A DNA stretch of 64,000 nucleotides, taken from positions 1-64,000 of IMG/VR virus record IMGVR_UViG_3300020577_006613. One strand, written 5' to 3'. This DNA comes from a virus. Lineage: Duplodnaviria > Caudoviricetes. The translations under genes and the position numbers were made by a program. The notes below the pieces were generated by a model. That model was not told where the DNA came from and did not search any database. It saw only the letters and a program-made list of their open reading frames with translations. Positions 8,554 through 18,277 of the stretch are shown here, piece by piece. Numbering within the stretch: position 1 is the stretch's first letter; every line of letters begins with the position of its first letter.

Positions 8554-9093
8554 ATGACGTAGGTTGAATCGCAAGCTGTTTACCTGTATGTTCTCGTTCG
8601 ACAAGACCTCTCGCCTTCGCAACAAGCCGTTCAGGCATGTCATGCGGCGATTGAGGCAACCAGAAGGTTCACCCCTGGCTAGGACCAGGAACATCCTCAT
8701 CTGGTTCTGCTCTCTGTCACAAATGAAGATGAGCTTCTGAAGGCCTATGAGCGCCTTCAGCACTATGGCATTCGGGTCGCCAAGTTCGAAGAACCCGACC
8801 GTAACAATGAAATAACAGCTATCGCTACGGAACCGCTTCCTGCGGATTCCAAGCTGCGTCGTAAGTTCAGTTGCTATAAGCTCCTGAATCTTGATACCGC
8901 TGCGCCTGTTATTGAAGCGGAAGAAACCTCACAAACTGAAGAACCTGCTGAACTCCCTGAATGCTCTCTTTGCGAGGGCAGAGGCGAGGTTGATGACCCT
9001 ACGCCCTGCGGTCGCTGTCGCGTTAGGGGTTGTCGTTCCATGACCTGTCCTAAGTGTAAGGGCGTTCGAACAGAAGGAGTTACAAATGAATAA
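8554..9093 (+). CDS. Peptidyl-tRNA hydrolase (Pth2 family) with C-terminal Cys-rich tail; in-frame TAG at codons 3 and 43
   Basis: AAGGAG RBS then ATG ACG TAG GTT...; reads YVLVRQDLSPSQQAVQACHAA..LVLLSV..EDELL..FEEPD..TAIATEP; TAG at 8560 and 8680; TAA 9091 overlaps the next ATG. Confidence 0.82.
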
Positions 9094-9709
9094 GCAACCT
9101 GGTTGGGGCAATACCCCTTGGATGACTCTTTGGGATGCCATGAAGACTTGTCCTCAAACTAAGAATCAGTCTGTTTGGGAACATGGAGAATCGGTTAGAG
9201 ATCATCTTTCTAAGCTTATTGCTTTTCTTCGCGGAAATGAAACAACGCTCGAAGGGTGGAGGCTTCCTAACTGGATCTTTGTTTATCGTTCGGAACTTTT
9301 GAGTTCTCTTGCTCCTGATGGAGTTCTTGAGACTTACGCTATGTATCATGACTGCGGCAAGCCTTTTTGCAGAACTGTTGATGCGGAAGGTAAGCAGCAT
9401 TTTCCTGACCATGCGAAAGTTTCTCGCGCAAAGTATCTTGAGATTGCTGAGGGGACTGAGAACTGCTATGAGATTGCAGATCTCATTGCGCATGATATGG
9501 ATATCCATACCATGTCTTCTGAGGATATTGAGGCTTTTTGTAAGTTGAAGAATGCTACCAGCTTGTTGCTGACGGGCATTGCGGAAATTCATAGCAATGC
9601 TGCCATGTTTGGCGGTATCGAATCTGTGAGTTTCAAGATTAAGTGGAAGCAGATTGATAAGCGTGGCAAGTCTATCTGCGAGAAGTTGTTTGGTAAAAAA
9701 GGAGTCTAA
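9086..9709 (+). CDS. HD-domain phosphohydrolase
   Basis: VWEHG, MYHDCGKP, HFPDHA, IAHDM. Confidence 0.8.
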   Translation: MNKQPGWGNTPWMTLWDAMKTCPQTKNQSVWEHGESVRDHLSKLIAFLRGNETTLEGWRLPNWIFVYRSELLSSLAPDGVLETYAMYHDCGKPFCRTVDAEGKQHFPDHAKVSRAKYLEIAEGTENCYEIADLIAHDMDIHTMSSEDIEAFCKLKNATSLLLTGIAEIHSNAAMFGGIESVSFKIKWKQIDKRGKSICEKLFGKKGV

Positions 9710-9710
9710 G

Positions 9711-10139
9711 ATGGCAACTGTTCAAAATGTTAGTAAGAGTCGTTTTGGTTTTCACGCATGCGATCATGAAACCTATCTGAAGCTGAAGAAGCTTAAGAAG
9801 CTGTACTACAAGGCGCTGCATCGCAATGCAGAATGGAACCGCTGGAATAACAAGCTTCCTAAGAACCGTCTTCTTCGCAAGTGGTTCCGTAACGAAAAGG
9901 GACAGCGTACTCACTTCGAAGTTGTTGGGCCAATGCCTGAACCCAAGGTCTATCCTGTTTTCGGTAATCGTCACTACGTTCCTCAAGGTGAACATGCCCT
10001 TAATGACATGGGCGTTCTTGAGGCCTACAATATCGCTCGCACTCCCTATGCAACTCTTGAAGAAGTGAAGAATATCAAGCTTACCGTTGATCAGATCAAC
10101 AATATGCTTGCTCATCTCGAAAAAGTCGATAATACCTAA
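9711..10139 (+). CDS. Hypothetical protein
   Basis: AAGGAG RBS. Confidence 0.6.
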   Translation: MATVQNVSKSRFGFHACDHETYLKLKKLKKLYYKALHRNAEWNRWNNKLPKNRLLRKWFRNEKGQRTHFEVVGPMPEPKVYPVFGNRHYVPQGEHALNDMGVLEAYNIARTPYATLEEVKNIKLTVDQINNMLAHLEKVDNT

Positions 10140-10178
10140 ACTTCGGCTTGCTGGAAAGAAATATTCCAGCAAGTCCTT

Positions 10179-10373
10179 ATGATAGACCGTTGCTATTGTT
10201 ACCAAAAGACTCTTGCATCAATTCTTGCACTAGCAAAGAAAAACAATTGGAAACTGGAAGATATACAGGAACATTTGCTTTGCGGCACAAAATGCGGTCT
10301 TTGTATCCCCTTTATCAAGGATGCTCTCAAAACGGGCAGAACCGAGTACGGACCCTCTGAAAGGCCTAAATAG
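10179..10373 (+). CDS. BFD-like [2Fe-2S]-binding protein
   Basis: CYC ... CGTKCGLCIP. Confidence 0.7.
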   Translation: MIDRCYCYQKTLASILALAKKNNWKLEDIQEHLLCGTKCGLCIPFIKDALKTGRTEYGPSERPK

Positions 10374-10438
10374 GGCGAAATTTGACCTCATAAGCGGTTT
10401 CGTTCATTTTTTCGAGCAAGGCACTTGAAAAGAAAGAT

Positions 10439-10575
10439 GTGAAGAAATTACTGCTACAATCGCAGGAAAGCCGACAAGTCTTTCGTGGTCTGAGCAGTTA
10501 GCCATCGCTTTACAACCGATGGGTATATTTCTCACCATAAAGGTTTGCTTTTCTAAAAGGGTAGGAAAAGCGAAC
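10439..10575 (+). ncRNA. Structured leader upstream of the porin gene
   Basis: Closing helix 10439-10451/10523-10535 with internal hairpins, followed by a 12-bp hairpin at 10543-10575. Confidence 0.45.
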
Positions 10576-10608
10576 AGAAACAAGTTTACCCTGTAAAGGA
10601 TTAGAGTA

Positions 10609-11796
10609 ATGATGAAGATTACCAGTTTGATGGTTGCCGGGGCATTGACGCTTCTGGCGGGTACGGCAATGGCACAGAACGACGCTTCAAGCGCAACGAC
10701 TGCTGCAATGCTGGCTGACGCACAGACGCGCACCAGTTTTTCTGATGGCCAGGGTTCTGGTCATGATGCGAACGGCTTCTTCCTTTCTGGAAACGGCGCT
10801 CGTCTCAACATTGGCGGTGACATTCAGTTCCGCTACACCTACAACACCAATCGTTCCGGTGACAACAATGACGAGATGGGCTTCAATGTTCCTCTCGCTC
10901 GTCTGCGTTTTAGCGGAAACCTGAACGAGAACATTGACTACATGCTCGAAGGCGAGTTTGATAGTGATGGTGGCGATGCTTCCTTGGCGGATGCTTACGC
11001 TGGCTGGACTCTTTCTCCCGGCGCTCGTGTTCAGTTTGGTCAGTATCGTCTCGGGTTCATGCGTGAAGTGAATGTTGCTGAACGTTTCCAGCTTGCCGCT
11101 GATCGCAGCATCGTTTCCTCTGTCTTTGGACAGGGCCGTTCTCAGGGCGTTCAGTTCTCCTATGACGCTGGTGATTTCCGTTTCATTGGCTCCGTTTCTG
11201 ACGGCTTCAATACGGCAAACACTGACTTCACCGATCCTGCCGAGTCCGATCTTGCGTTGACTGGTCGCGTCGAGTGGCTTGCCTTTGGCAATCGTTCAAG
11301 CACGACCGATTTCACTTCGCAGCGTTCTGAGAATGGTTCGCTGCTTCTCGGTGGTGCATTCCACTACCAGGAAGGCGACACTCAGAACACTATGTACAGC
11401 TACACGGGCGACGTTAGCTGGGAAAACAATGGTTGGAACGCTATGCTCGCCGGTGTTGGTCGCACCATCGAGGATGCTGGTTCTGACTTCGACGACTTCG
11501 GTGTTGTTGTTCAGGGCGGCTATCGCGTAACTGAGAACATCGAGCCGTTTGCTCGTTATGACGCTGTGTTTGCTGACAGCAATCGTGGTCTTGATAATGA
11601 CAACTTCAACTTCATCACCGCTGGTGTCAACTACTACCTTTACGGCCATGCCGCAAAGTTCACTGTTGATGCTGTTTACTCGCTTGACGACACGACTGGA
11701 CTTGGATCGCTTGGTAACTTCAGTAACACTGGAGTTCTTGGCTCTGGCGACGAAGGCGAACTCGCCCTCCGCGCTCAGTTCCAGCTTCTGTTCTAA
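10609..11796 (+). CDS. Outer-membrane porin (OprO/OprP-like, Planctomycetota type)
   Basis: Signal peptide, ADA..RTS..GHD..GFFL N-terminus, amphipathic beta strands, C-terminal RAQFQLLF. Confidence 0.8.
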   Translation: MMKITSLMVAGALTLLAGTAMAQNDASSATTAAMLADAQTRTSFSDGQGSGHDANGFFLSGNGARLNIGGDIQFRYTYNTNRSGDNNDEMGFNVPLARLRFSGNLNENIDYMLEGEFDSDGGDASLADAYAGWTLSPGARVQFGQYRLGFMREVNVAERFQLAADRSIVSSVFGQGRSQGVQFSYDAGDFRFIGSVSDGFNTANTDFTDPAESDLALTGRVEWLAFGNRSSTTDFTSQRSENGSLLLGGAFHYQEGDTQNTMYSYTGDVSWENNGWNAMLAGVGRTIEDAGSDFDDFGVVVQGGYRVTENIEPFARYDAVFADSNRGLDNDNFNFITAGVNYYLYGHAAKFTVDAVYSLDDTTGLGSLGNFSNTGVLGSGDEGELALRAQFQLLF

Positions 11797-11833
11797 TCAG
11801 CAAGTTCTCAAAACTTGATCTGAGTTGAGCCTT

Positions 11834-11863
11834 AAGAGGCTGCCACGGGGCAGCCTCTTTTTT
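11834..11863 (+). terminator. Intrinsic terminator
   Basis: AAGAGGCTGCC-ACGG-GGCAGCCTCTT followed by a T run. Confidence 0.85.
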
Positions 11864-11892
11864 GTGCCCAGTCTTATTCCTATAGTTACCCT

Positions 11893-12498
11893 ATGGTTCC
11901 TAAAGGCTTCCAATTTCAATGTACTTCTTGCAAGAAGTATTACGAGACAATCTCGCAAGCTTCTGATTGCAAGCTAACCTGTCAATCTGACAAGCGCAAC
12001 GTTATCGACGTTTACAAGTATTGGAAAACAGAGGCGATCAAGGCAGAACTTGACAAGAAGCGTCACAACTTCTCCGTTCTCATTACTAACCACTTCCACG
12101 ATTTCAATATTGGAAGCGTCATAAGAAACAGCAATGCCTTTCTTGGCAAGAACGTATACATCCTTGGCAGAAGAAAGTTTGATGCCAGAGGAGCAGTAGG
12201 TACTAATCACTACGAAAACTTGGTCTTCATTGACGATATTAGAGAGATAGCGGAAACCAACATACTTGTTGGTTTTGATGACTTGCCGCAAGCAAAGCCG
12301 CTGGATGAGTTTCAGTGGCCGCAGAAAAAGCACGTTGTTATGTGTTTTGGGCAAGAGACTGTTGGGTTGACTTCCGATGTTGTGAGTGCATGCCAAGATA
12401 TTGTCTACATAAGACAGTTTGGCAGCGTTAGAAGCCTCAATGTTGGCTGCGCATCAGCAATAGCCATGTTCTCCTATTGTCAGCAAATATCAAGGTAA
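11893..12498 (+). CDS. SpoU/TrmH family RNA methyltransferase
   Basis: FNIGSVIRN, FGQETVGL, SLNVGCA SPOUT motifs. Confidence 0.85.
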   Translation: MVPKGFQFQCTSCKKYYETISQASDCKLTCQSDKRNVIDVYKYWKTEAIKAELDKKRHNFSVLITNHFHDFNIGSVIRNSNAFLGKNVYILGRRKFDARGAVGTNHYENLVFIDDIREIAETNILVGFDDLPQAKPLDEFQWPQKKHVVMCFGQETVGLTSDVVSACQDIVYIRQFGSVRSLNVGCASAIAMFSYCQQISR

Positions 12499-12527
12499 AA
12501 CAGTTCTAATTGGGTATAGTAAACCTT

Positions 12528-12770
12528 ATGAGCAAAGATATTGAACTTCCACCCGAAGAATCGGGATTTCCGATGTTTGTAAGGTTTGTTTTGTCTACAG
12601 GAGACACTATAACCATTGGCGGTAACTCGGTAACACAAATCTTCTTCGAAACAATGAAGAAGTTTCCAGAACATCTCTCTTGCAAAAGTATTGGCTTTTC
12701 TGCCAAGACTCAAGAAGAAGCTGAAAGTCGTCTGAAAGAGTTCTTTGCTCTTACAAAAAGGTTTGGATAA
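12528..12770 (+). CDS. Hypothetical protein, paralog of 13060-13362
   Basis: Shared RF..S..D.IT..GNSV..IF....+FPE....K.I.FS pattern. Confidence 0.6.
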   Translation: MSKDIELPPEESGFPMFVRFVLSTGDTITIGGNSVTQIFFETMKKFPEHLSCKSIGFSAKTQEEAESRLKEFFALTKRFG

Positions 12771-13059
12771 ATGCAAACTCATTCCAAGAATCTTATCGAA
12801 AGCGTTAGCTGCCCCTTTGCTGTTCCTATGAACCAGGTCGAATGGGAGGGAGCAAAGGTTGTCTCCGTTGACGATAGGGCTAACACAGTCATCGTTGAGA
12901 CAAAGGAAGGAACAAGGTTCCTTGTGGATATTCCAAACGTTCTTTATGATGCTATCTGGAAGTCTGGTGAATTGAACGTCATAGAACAAGACGTTGGCTT
13001 CAATGACCTAACGTGAACTAGAACTTTGTTTTAGTTTTTGGTCGAAATGGAGAGAGGCA

Positions 13060-13362
13060 ATGAAGAGAATGAGGGCTTTTGATTTTGAAGTGGTTTTACT
13101 TCCAGGCCCACCAAGAATGAGTTGTAGATTCATAACTTCAAGCGATGACTCTATAACGTTTTTCGGTAACAGTGTTGAAGATATCTTCGAGCAATGTCTC
13201 CGAAGATTTCCTGAAGGAATAACGACAAAAGGGATAGTCTTTTCTGGTGACAATCCCATAGATGCAAAAAGAAACCTATCTGAATTACTTAGTCTAGGAT
13301 TTAGATACGGATACTTCAAGCAGTTACCATTCCAGAACGAAGGGGACAACGATGGCGAGTAA
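13060..13362 (+). CDS. Hypothetical protein, paralog of 12528-12770
   Basis: Same shared pattern. Confidence 0.6.
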   Translation: MKRMRAFDFEVVLLPGPPRMSCRFITSSDDSITFFGNSVEDIFEQCLRRFPEGITTKGIVFSGDNPIDAKRNLSELLSLGFRYGYFKQLPFQNEGDNDGE

Positions 13363-13885
13363 TTGGAGATTGACAAAAAAAGAGGTTGCTCATATCGCCT
13401 ATGCATTTGAGCAACTCAAAGGCAAAAAACTTCCTGGAGATGTCTATGGCTTCGAAAGCTTCTCTGAATCAGAAATCAATTCAATCCATGAAAGATTCTC
13501 TACGGCGGCTGATGCTAACAAACCGTCCGGTGACTATAAACAAGAAAGAAAAGGACGATAACTTGTTCTCTTCCGACCTATTATCTCGTTTCTTTGAATA
13601 CGACAGGAAAACTGTCGTAAACCTTATGCTTCTTGAGGCTTTTATTGCAAAAAACGAAAATGTAGATGCGGCTGGTATAAAGGCTGCATTCGAAGAGTTT
13701 GAGCCTCTTGCCGAGAAGATCGCCAAACAGTATGAAGCTTGCCGTGATGCCGAGAGAGAAAGGGATCAAAAAAACATGCTCACCAAAGCGGTTAGCGTTC
13801 CCATGAGCGTCTCTCCGTCTTCGTCTCCTCAGATGCGGATACCGGCCAACAAATAGCCTTTGCTTTCCACTTCCTTGAAACGCAA

Positions 13886-13897
13886 GGCTAGACTTTC
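13886..13897 (+). promoter_or_regulatory. GGCTAGACTTTC motif, copy 3
   Basis: Exact match upstream of the PARP gene. Confidence 0.7.
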
Positions 13898-13976
13898 GAG
13901 CCTAATATAGTTGATGTAGAGAGCGATTTCTCGTTCTCGTTTCAGAACCTGACTTTCTTGCAAAGAGAGAAATCAC

Positions 13977-15557
13977 ATGGCAACCAAGCTTGGTCGAGGC
14001 GTTCTTCCGAAGGGTCACTCAGTTGATGATTTTGAGTGTTTTGGACCTCCTGCGACCAAGGATGGAGATTTCTCTAACGTAAAGCTGGCAGACATGGGCT
14101 GCTTTACGCAGGATGGCAAGGATAGCAACAAGTATTACCACGGCGCTGTGGTAAAGAGCAGGAAGAACGGCGAATGGTTTGCCTATTTTGAATGGGGCCG
14201 CACCGGCGATTCAAAGGCAGACTTCACCTTTATTGAGTGCAGCAGCGAGCAGGAAGCTCAGCGCGAGTTTGAAAAGCAGCTTCACTCCAAGAACGACAAG
14301 CGCGGCGAATGGGTAACTCTCGCTGGTAAGCAGATTCTTCAGGCTAAGGCTGGTGAGGATTGCTACCTTGTTCGTCCTCTTGCAACTCGCTCAACTGGTC
14401 TTCCTGACGCAAAGAAGATTGCGTTCAATGATGGAGCCAAGAAGACTGCTCAGGTTACGAACACTTCAAGCGCCAAGGTTTCTTCCAAGCCCAAGTGGGA
14501 TGCCGAAACCCTCAAGCTCATGCGTGATATGAACGTAGGCACGATTGCTTACGCCAAGACCGCCGTTCAGGGCGGCAATATTCCAACTCAGGCCTCGATT
14601 GATGAAGGTCGAGACATCCTGACTGAGGCTCGTAAGCGTGTCAAGGCTATTGGCGACCGCGAAAAGGACCAGTTGAGCGATACTGAGTTGCGTCAGTTGA
14701 GCAACCATCTCTATTCTCGTATCCCGAAGATCAAGCGAGTTGGAGATGACAACTGGATTCTGAATAGCAGCAACATTGTTGCTTGGGATCAGGATCTTGA
14801 TGCCTTTGAATCGGCTCTCTATGCCGTTGATATGGGCGGCGATACCGACACCAACGATCCGCTTGCTGGCTTCAACATCGAGATGAACTGGATTTCTCCA
14901 ACTTCCGAACTCGGTAAGTTCATCATGAAGTGGATGCCTGATGCGACTCGCAATCGTCACGGCGATGTTGGAAAGATGAAGATTCACAACATCTGGGGCG
15001 TTCGTCAGCTTGCTCATGTTTCTCCTTGGCGCAAGACAATTGAAAAGATTGCCAAGAGCGGCAATGGGGTTGGAGAGCGCGCTCTTCACCAGCCGAAGAG
15101 TCGTAGCGATGTTGACGCTGCTGAAGCGCCGTTTTATCCTGATGCGAATGTCTCCATGATGTTCCACGGCACTCGTTCGGTCAACGTTCCTGGCATTTTG
15201 CGCGAGAACCTTCGTCTTCCGAAGCAGTTGGTTGGCGTTGTGATTACTGGTGCCATGTTCGGCGGCGGAATCTACTGGGCTGATGACTGGAAGAAGAGCG
15301 CAGGCTATACCTCTGGCTACTCCCGTTGGGGTGGCGGCGGAGGCGCTGTTGCTGGTCGCCATGCCTTCATGTTTGTTGCGGATACTGCTCTTGGTAATCC
15401 GTATGTCGCTCCTGGTCCTCGCGGTTATACCGAACCGCCGAAGGGTCATCACTGCATTTTCGGCAAGGCAGGTCATAGCCAGGTTATGAACAATGAGTTC
15501 ATCACCTTTAACCGTGATCAGCATCAGCTTCGTTATCTGGTCGAGTTCTCCGCCTAA
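13977..15557 (+). CDS. WGR-domain PARP-family ADP-ribosyltransferase
   Basis: YFEWGRTG (WGR); LSNHLYSRIP (regulatory helical domain); MFHGT, GAMFGGGIYWAD..KS..Y, NEF (H-Y-E triad). Confidence 0.85.
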   Translation: MATKLGRGVLPKGHSVDDFECFGPPATKDGDFSNVKLADMGCFTQDGKDSNKYYHGAVVKSRKNGEWFAYFEWGRTGDSKADFTFIECSSEQEAQREFEKQLHSKNDKRGEWVTLAGKQILQAKAGEDCYLVRPLATRSTGLPDAKKIAFNDGAKKTAQVTNTSSAKVSSKPKWDAETLKLMRDMNVGTIAYAKTAVQGGNIPTQASIDEGRDILTEARKRVKAIGDREKDQLSDTELRQLSNHLYSRIPKIKRVGDDNWILNSSNIVAWDQDLDAFESALYAVDMGGDTDTNDPLAGFNIEMNWISPTSELGKFIMKWMPDATRNRHGDVGKMKIHNIWGVRQLAHVSPWRKTIEKIAKSGNGVGERALHQPKSRSDVDAAEAPFYPDANVSMMFHGTRSVNVPGILRENLRLPKQLVGVVITGAMFGGGIYWADDWKKSAGYTSGYSRWGGGGGAVAGRHAFMFVADTALGNPYVAPGPRGYTEPPKGHHCIFGKAGHSQVMNNEFITFNRDQHQLRYLVEFSA

Positions 15558-15584
15558 CGAGAACTCATTTCGAGGGAAATAATC

Positions 15585-17780
15585 ATGTCAGCAACCGTAA
15601 CTCCCGAAAAGGGACGGCTTTTATCTGTCGATCAAATTGCTCAAGTTTTCCATCCCAACGTTCTTAACGTTCAGAACGAAGAATCGGATGATTGCAAGGC
15701 AATTGAAAGAGCAATTGGACTACCTTCCGGCTTCTTTATTCGTAAGGCAATCCTTACGAGAGCGGAAAATGCTGGTTATTACTACGGCAACTCGGCACAA
15801 CCAAAGCTTACCTATGAGGGAGGCGTTGCTTATGGCATCGCAACCCACGAAATTACGCCAGAAGCAGAAAGATCCAGTGTTGCAACCGGAACTATCGAAT
15901 CAATCGTTGTTAAGCCGGTAAATATGAACGGTCAAAACAAGGCCGACTACAACAAAGTCTTTCCGTTCAATGCTTCTTCTTACAGGTATGGTTCGAATCA
16001 GAAAATGGCTTTCATCAATGTTCGCGTTGATGGGGTTCTTACTCCTATTGTTTGTAAGTTCCATCATGCCGAACACCTGTTTGGTTTGACGATTAGCGAA
16101 GACCTGCATATCAAGCAGGGAGATAGGGTTATTGGAACTCTTGACATTCACGCTGTCATCAGTAGCATTTCCTATTGGGGATGGAGCAGGCATCGTCGTA
16201 ATGATGGGTTTGATATGTCGCTGAGCGCCATTCATACTCTTTGCGATGCCATTGGAACCTTCACGAAAGAAAGCGCTGAAAACGTTGTTCGTTATTTCGT
16301 CAACGATGGCAAGCTTCTTCGTCTCATTCAGCCTCCGTCAACAAAGGCTGGTATTTCAAAGGTTTACAATGTTGTTGAGCCTATTGCTCAATCCTGCTGG
16401 CGCGATCGCCCTCTTGGTGTTGCTTTGTTCTATGCGCTCGTTGCTGAGGCTCATCGTACTCAGGATGGCGTGAAAATGTCATCTTTGTTCAATGGTATCT
16501 ATGCAGATGCTAAGGACAAGGATTCTTTCCTGAAGGTTACGGACGAACTTGTTGCTCTTGCCGAAAAGGGCAGAAACCAGAAGTACAATTACGCATTCGG
16601 AACCGAGCCTTTTGGTATTCTCGAAGAGCATCCTTTATACAAAGCTCAGCGCAAGAAAGCTATTGCAGCCAATGGTAACAGGGCCTTCAACAAGATTATG
16701 AGCGAGTTTGATTCGCTCAAGATTGATGAGAAGGATTTCCCCAGAACTGCCAAGCTTATCAAGAGCGGTAGCCTGCCCCTTGGTACGTTCTTTCGCAAGT
16801 CTGAACAGTATTTCCTGTTGAATGACAACTGGCCTCTTTGGGAAGGAATGCTTAAGGCCGGTCACGAAAAGACCGTCATTGAACTCGCAAATGCAGTTTC
16901 TGGTAGGACGACTTATGAGAAAGATCTCATGTCCTACTTCTACTTCATTCTTCATGCATTGCCAGAATATCTGAAGAAGCATACTGGCGTCAAGTGGACC
17001 TGTTCGCCTCGTCTTGTTGACTCTCCAAGCGAGCTTGAACCGCCAGCGGATGACGGTACTGGAACTCGTCGTGAGCGTTCTGCGCTGACTCCTATTGTTG
17101 ACAACGAAAACAATACGGTTGTTGTTCCTTATGCATCTCTTGCGATGCCTGGGCGTCAGACAACGTACTGCTATGGCTTGACCTATAGCGTACTTAACCG
17201 GGGATTCTCATACAACGGCAACACCTGCCTTGTTGATGTTGAAGAAAAGTTGAACGGTCGTGACGACTACGGCTTGATGTTCTATACGCTCACTGGATCT
17301 GCTCAGGGGCGGGGATACCCAACGTTCTTGATCATCTTCGAGCGTCGTTCAACTGGAACTCACGTTCACTTCCACCGCACTCATCCTTCTCGCTCTAAGG
17401 ATGGCGACTACAACCCTGTTCATAACTGGACTAAGGTTTGCTACAACTGGATGGCTGGAAACATCAACAAGGAACTGATCAAGTACCAGCAGGGAGACCT
17501 TGTGTTCGTTGCTGTTGACTCTGATCAGGAAAGAACTCTTGACTTTAGTAAGTACGTCCAAAAGTACGACAATCATGAGTTTGACAGACCTGTTGGCTTT
17601 GCCGAATATGCCAAGAAAGAAAAGTCGAACATCCTTGGATATGTGCGGTTGCTTGAGCCTACAATCCTTCAGCACAAGGAGCATGAGCATGTTCCTATGG
17701 CGGAAGGAACGTATGAGATTCGTCAGTGCCGTTCTTGGGAAGCTAACCCGAAGGGTGTTTGGTCGCTCAGGATTGACTAA
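15585..17780 (+). CDS. Large hypothetical protein
   Basis: 731-aa ORF; C-terminal QQGDL..H.EH..G.YEIRQ small beta domain. Confidence 0.7.
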   Translation: MSATVTPEKGRLLSVDQIAQVFHPNVLNVQNEESDDCKAIERAIGLPSGFFIRKAILTRAENAGYYYGNSAQPKLTYEGGVAYGIATHEITPEAERSSVATGTIESIVVKPVNMNGQNKADYNKVFPFNASSYRYGSNQKMAFINVRVDGVLTPIVCKFHHAEHLFGLTISEDLHIKQGDRVIGTLDIHAVISSISYWGWSRHRRNDGFDMSLSAIHTLCDAIGTFTKESAENVVRYFVNDGKLLRLIQPPSTKAGISKVYNVVEPIAQSCWRDRPLGVALFYALVAEAHRTQDGVKMSSLFNGIYADAKDKDSFLKVTDELVALAEKGRNQKYNYAFGTEPFGILEEHPLYKAQRKKAIAANGNRAFNKIMSEFDSLKIDEKDFPRTAKLIKSGSLPLGTFFRKSEQYFLLNDNWPLWEGMLKAGHEKTVIELANAVSGRTTYEKDLMSYFYFILHALPEYLKKHTGVKWTCSPRLVDSPSELEPPADDGTGTRRERSALTPIVDNENNTVVVPYASLAMPGRQTTYCYGLTYSVLNRGFSYNGNTCLVDVEEKLNGRDDYGLMFYTLTGSAQGRGYPTFLIIFERRSTGTHVHFHRTHPSRSKDGDYNPVHNWTKVCYNWMAGNINKELIKYQQGDLVFVAVDSDQERTLDFSKYVQKYDNHEFDRPVGFAEYAKKEKSNILGYVRLLEPTILQHKEHEHVPMAEGTYEIRQCRSWEANPKGVWSLRID

Positions 17781-17949
17781 TGGAAAATCGTAAACCAGGC
17801 TGTTTCTGTTGCGAGAAGGGTTATCCTCATTCTCATTACGTTTACATTCCTATTAGGGATGCAAAAACGAATCAAAGACAGTTACTGGAAGTCAAAGAAG
17901 GCTCGTCCTTCCATAAGAAACTGGTTGAAATGATAGAAAGTAGTACGTT

Positions 17950-18276
17950 ATGGCTAAAATAACGATCAACGGCACAACTTTTGAGGTTTCAGGTCAAGCT
18001 AATATCTCTGTTTCTGGAGATCAAATTAGCATTGGCGGAAAAGTTGTTTCATCAGGACTTAGCGGTATTGTTACTGTTAAGTGGGAGGGGCCTTTAGCTC
18101 ACCTTGATGTTGATGGTTCTGCTGAAATCTCTGGCGATGTTCAGGGTAGCGTTGAAGCGGGCGGAAGTGTAAAATGCAACAACGTCGGCGGAGATGTTGA
18201 TGCTGGTGGTTCGGTGCAATGCGGAAATGTTGGCGGAGATGTTGATGCGGGCGGTTCGGTTCAAATGAGAAAATAA
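17950..18276 (+). CDS. Gly-rich beta-solenoid repeat protein
   Basis: 15-aa repeats GGDVDAGGSV.C.NV. Confidence 0.6.
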   Translation: MAKITINGTTFEVSGQANISVSGDQISIGGKVVSSGLSGIVTVKWEGPLAHLDVDGSAEISGDVQGSVEAGGSVKCNNVGGDVDAGGSVQCGNVGGDVDAGGSVQMRK

Positions 18277-18277
18277 C

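Noticed and set aside
8308-8763. Minus-strand 151-aa ORF from the track
   Set aside because: It is antisense to the structured RNA and the Pth2 frame, and has no recognisable motifs.
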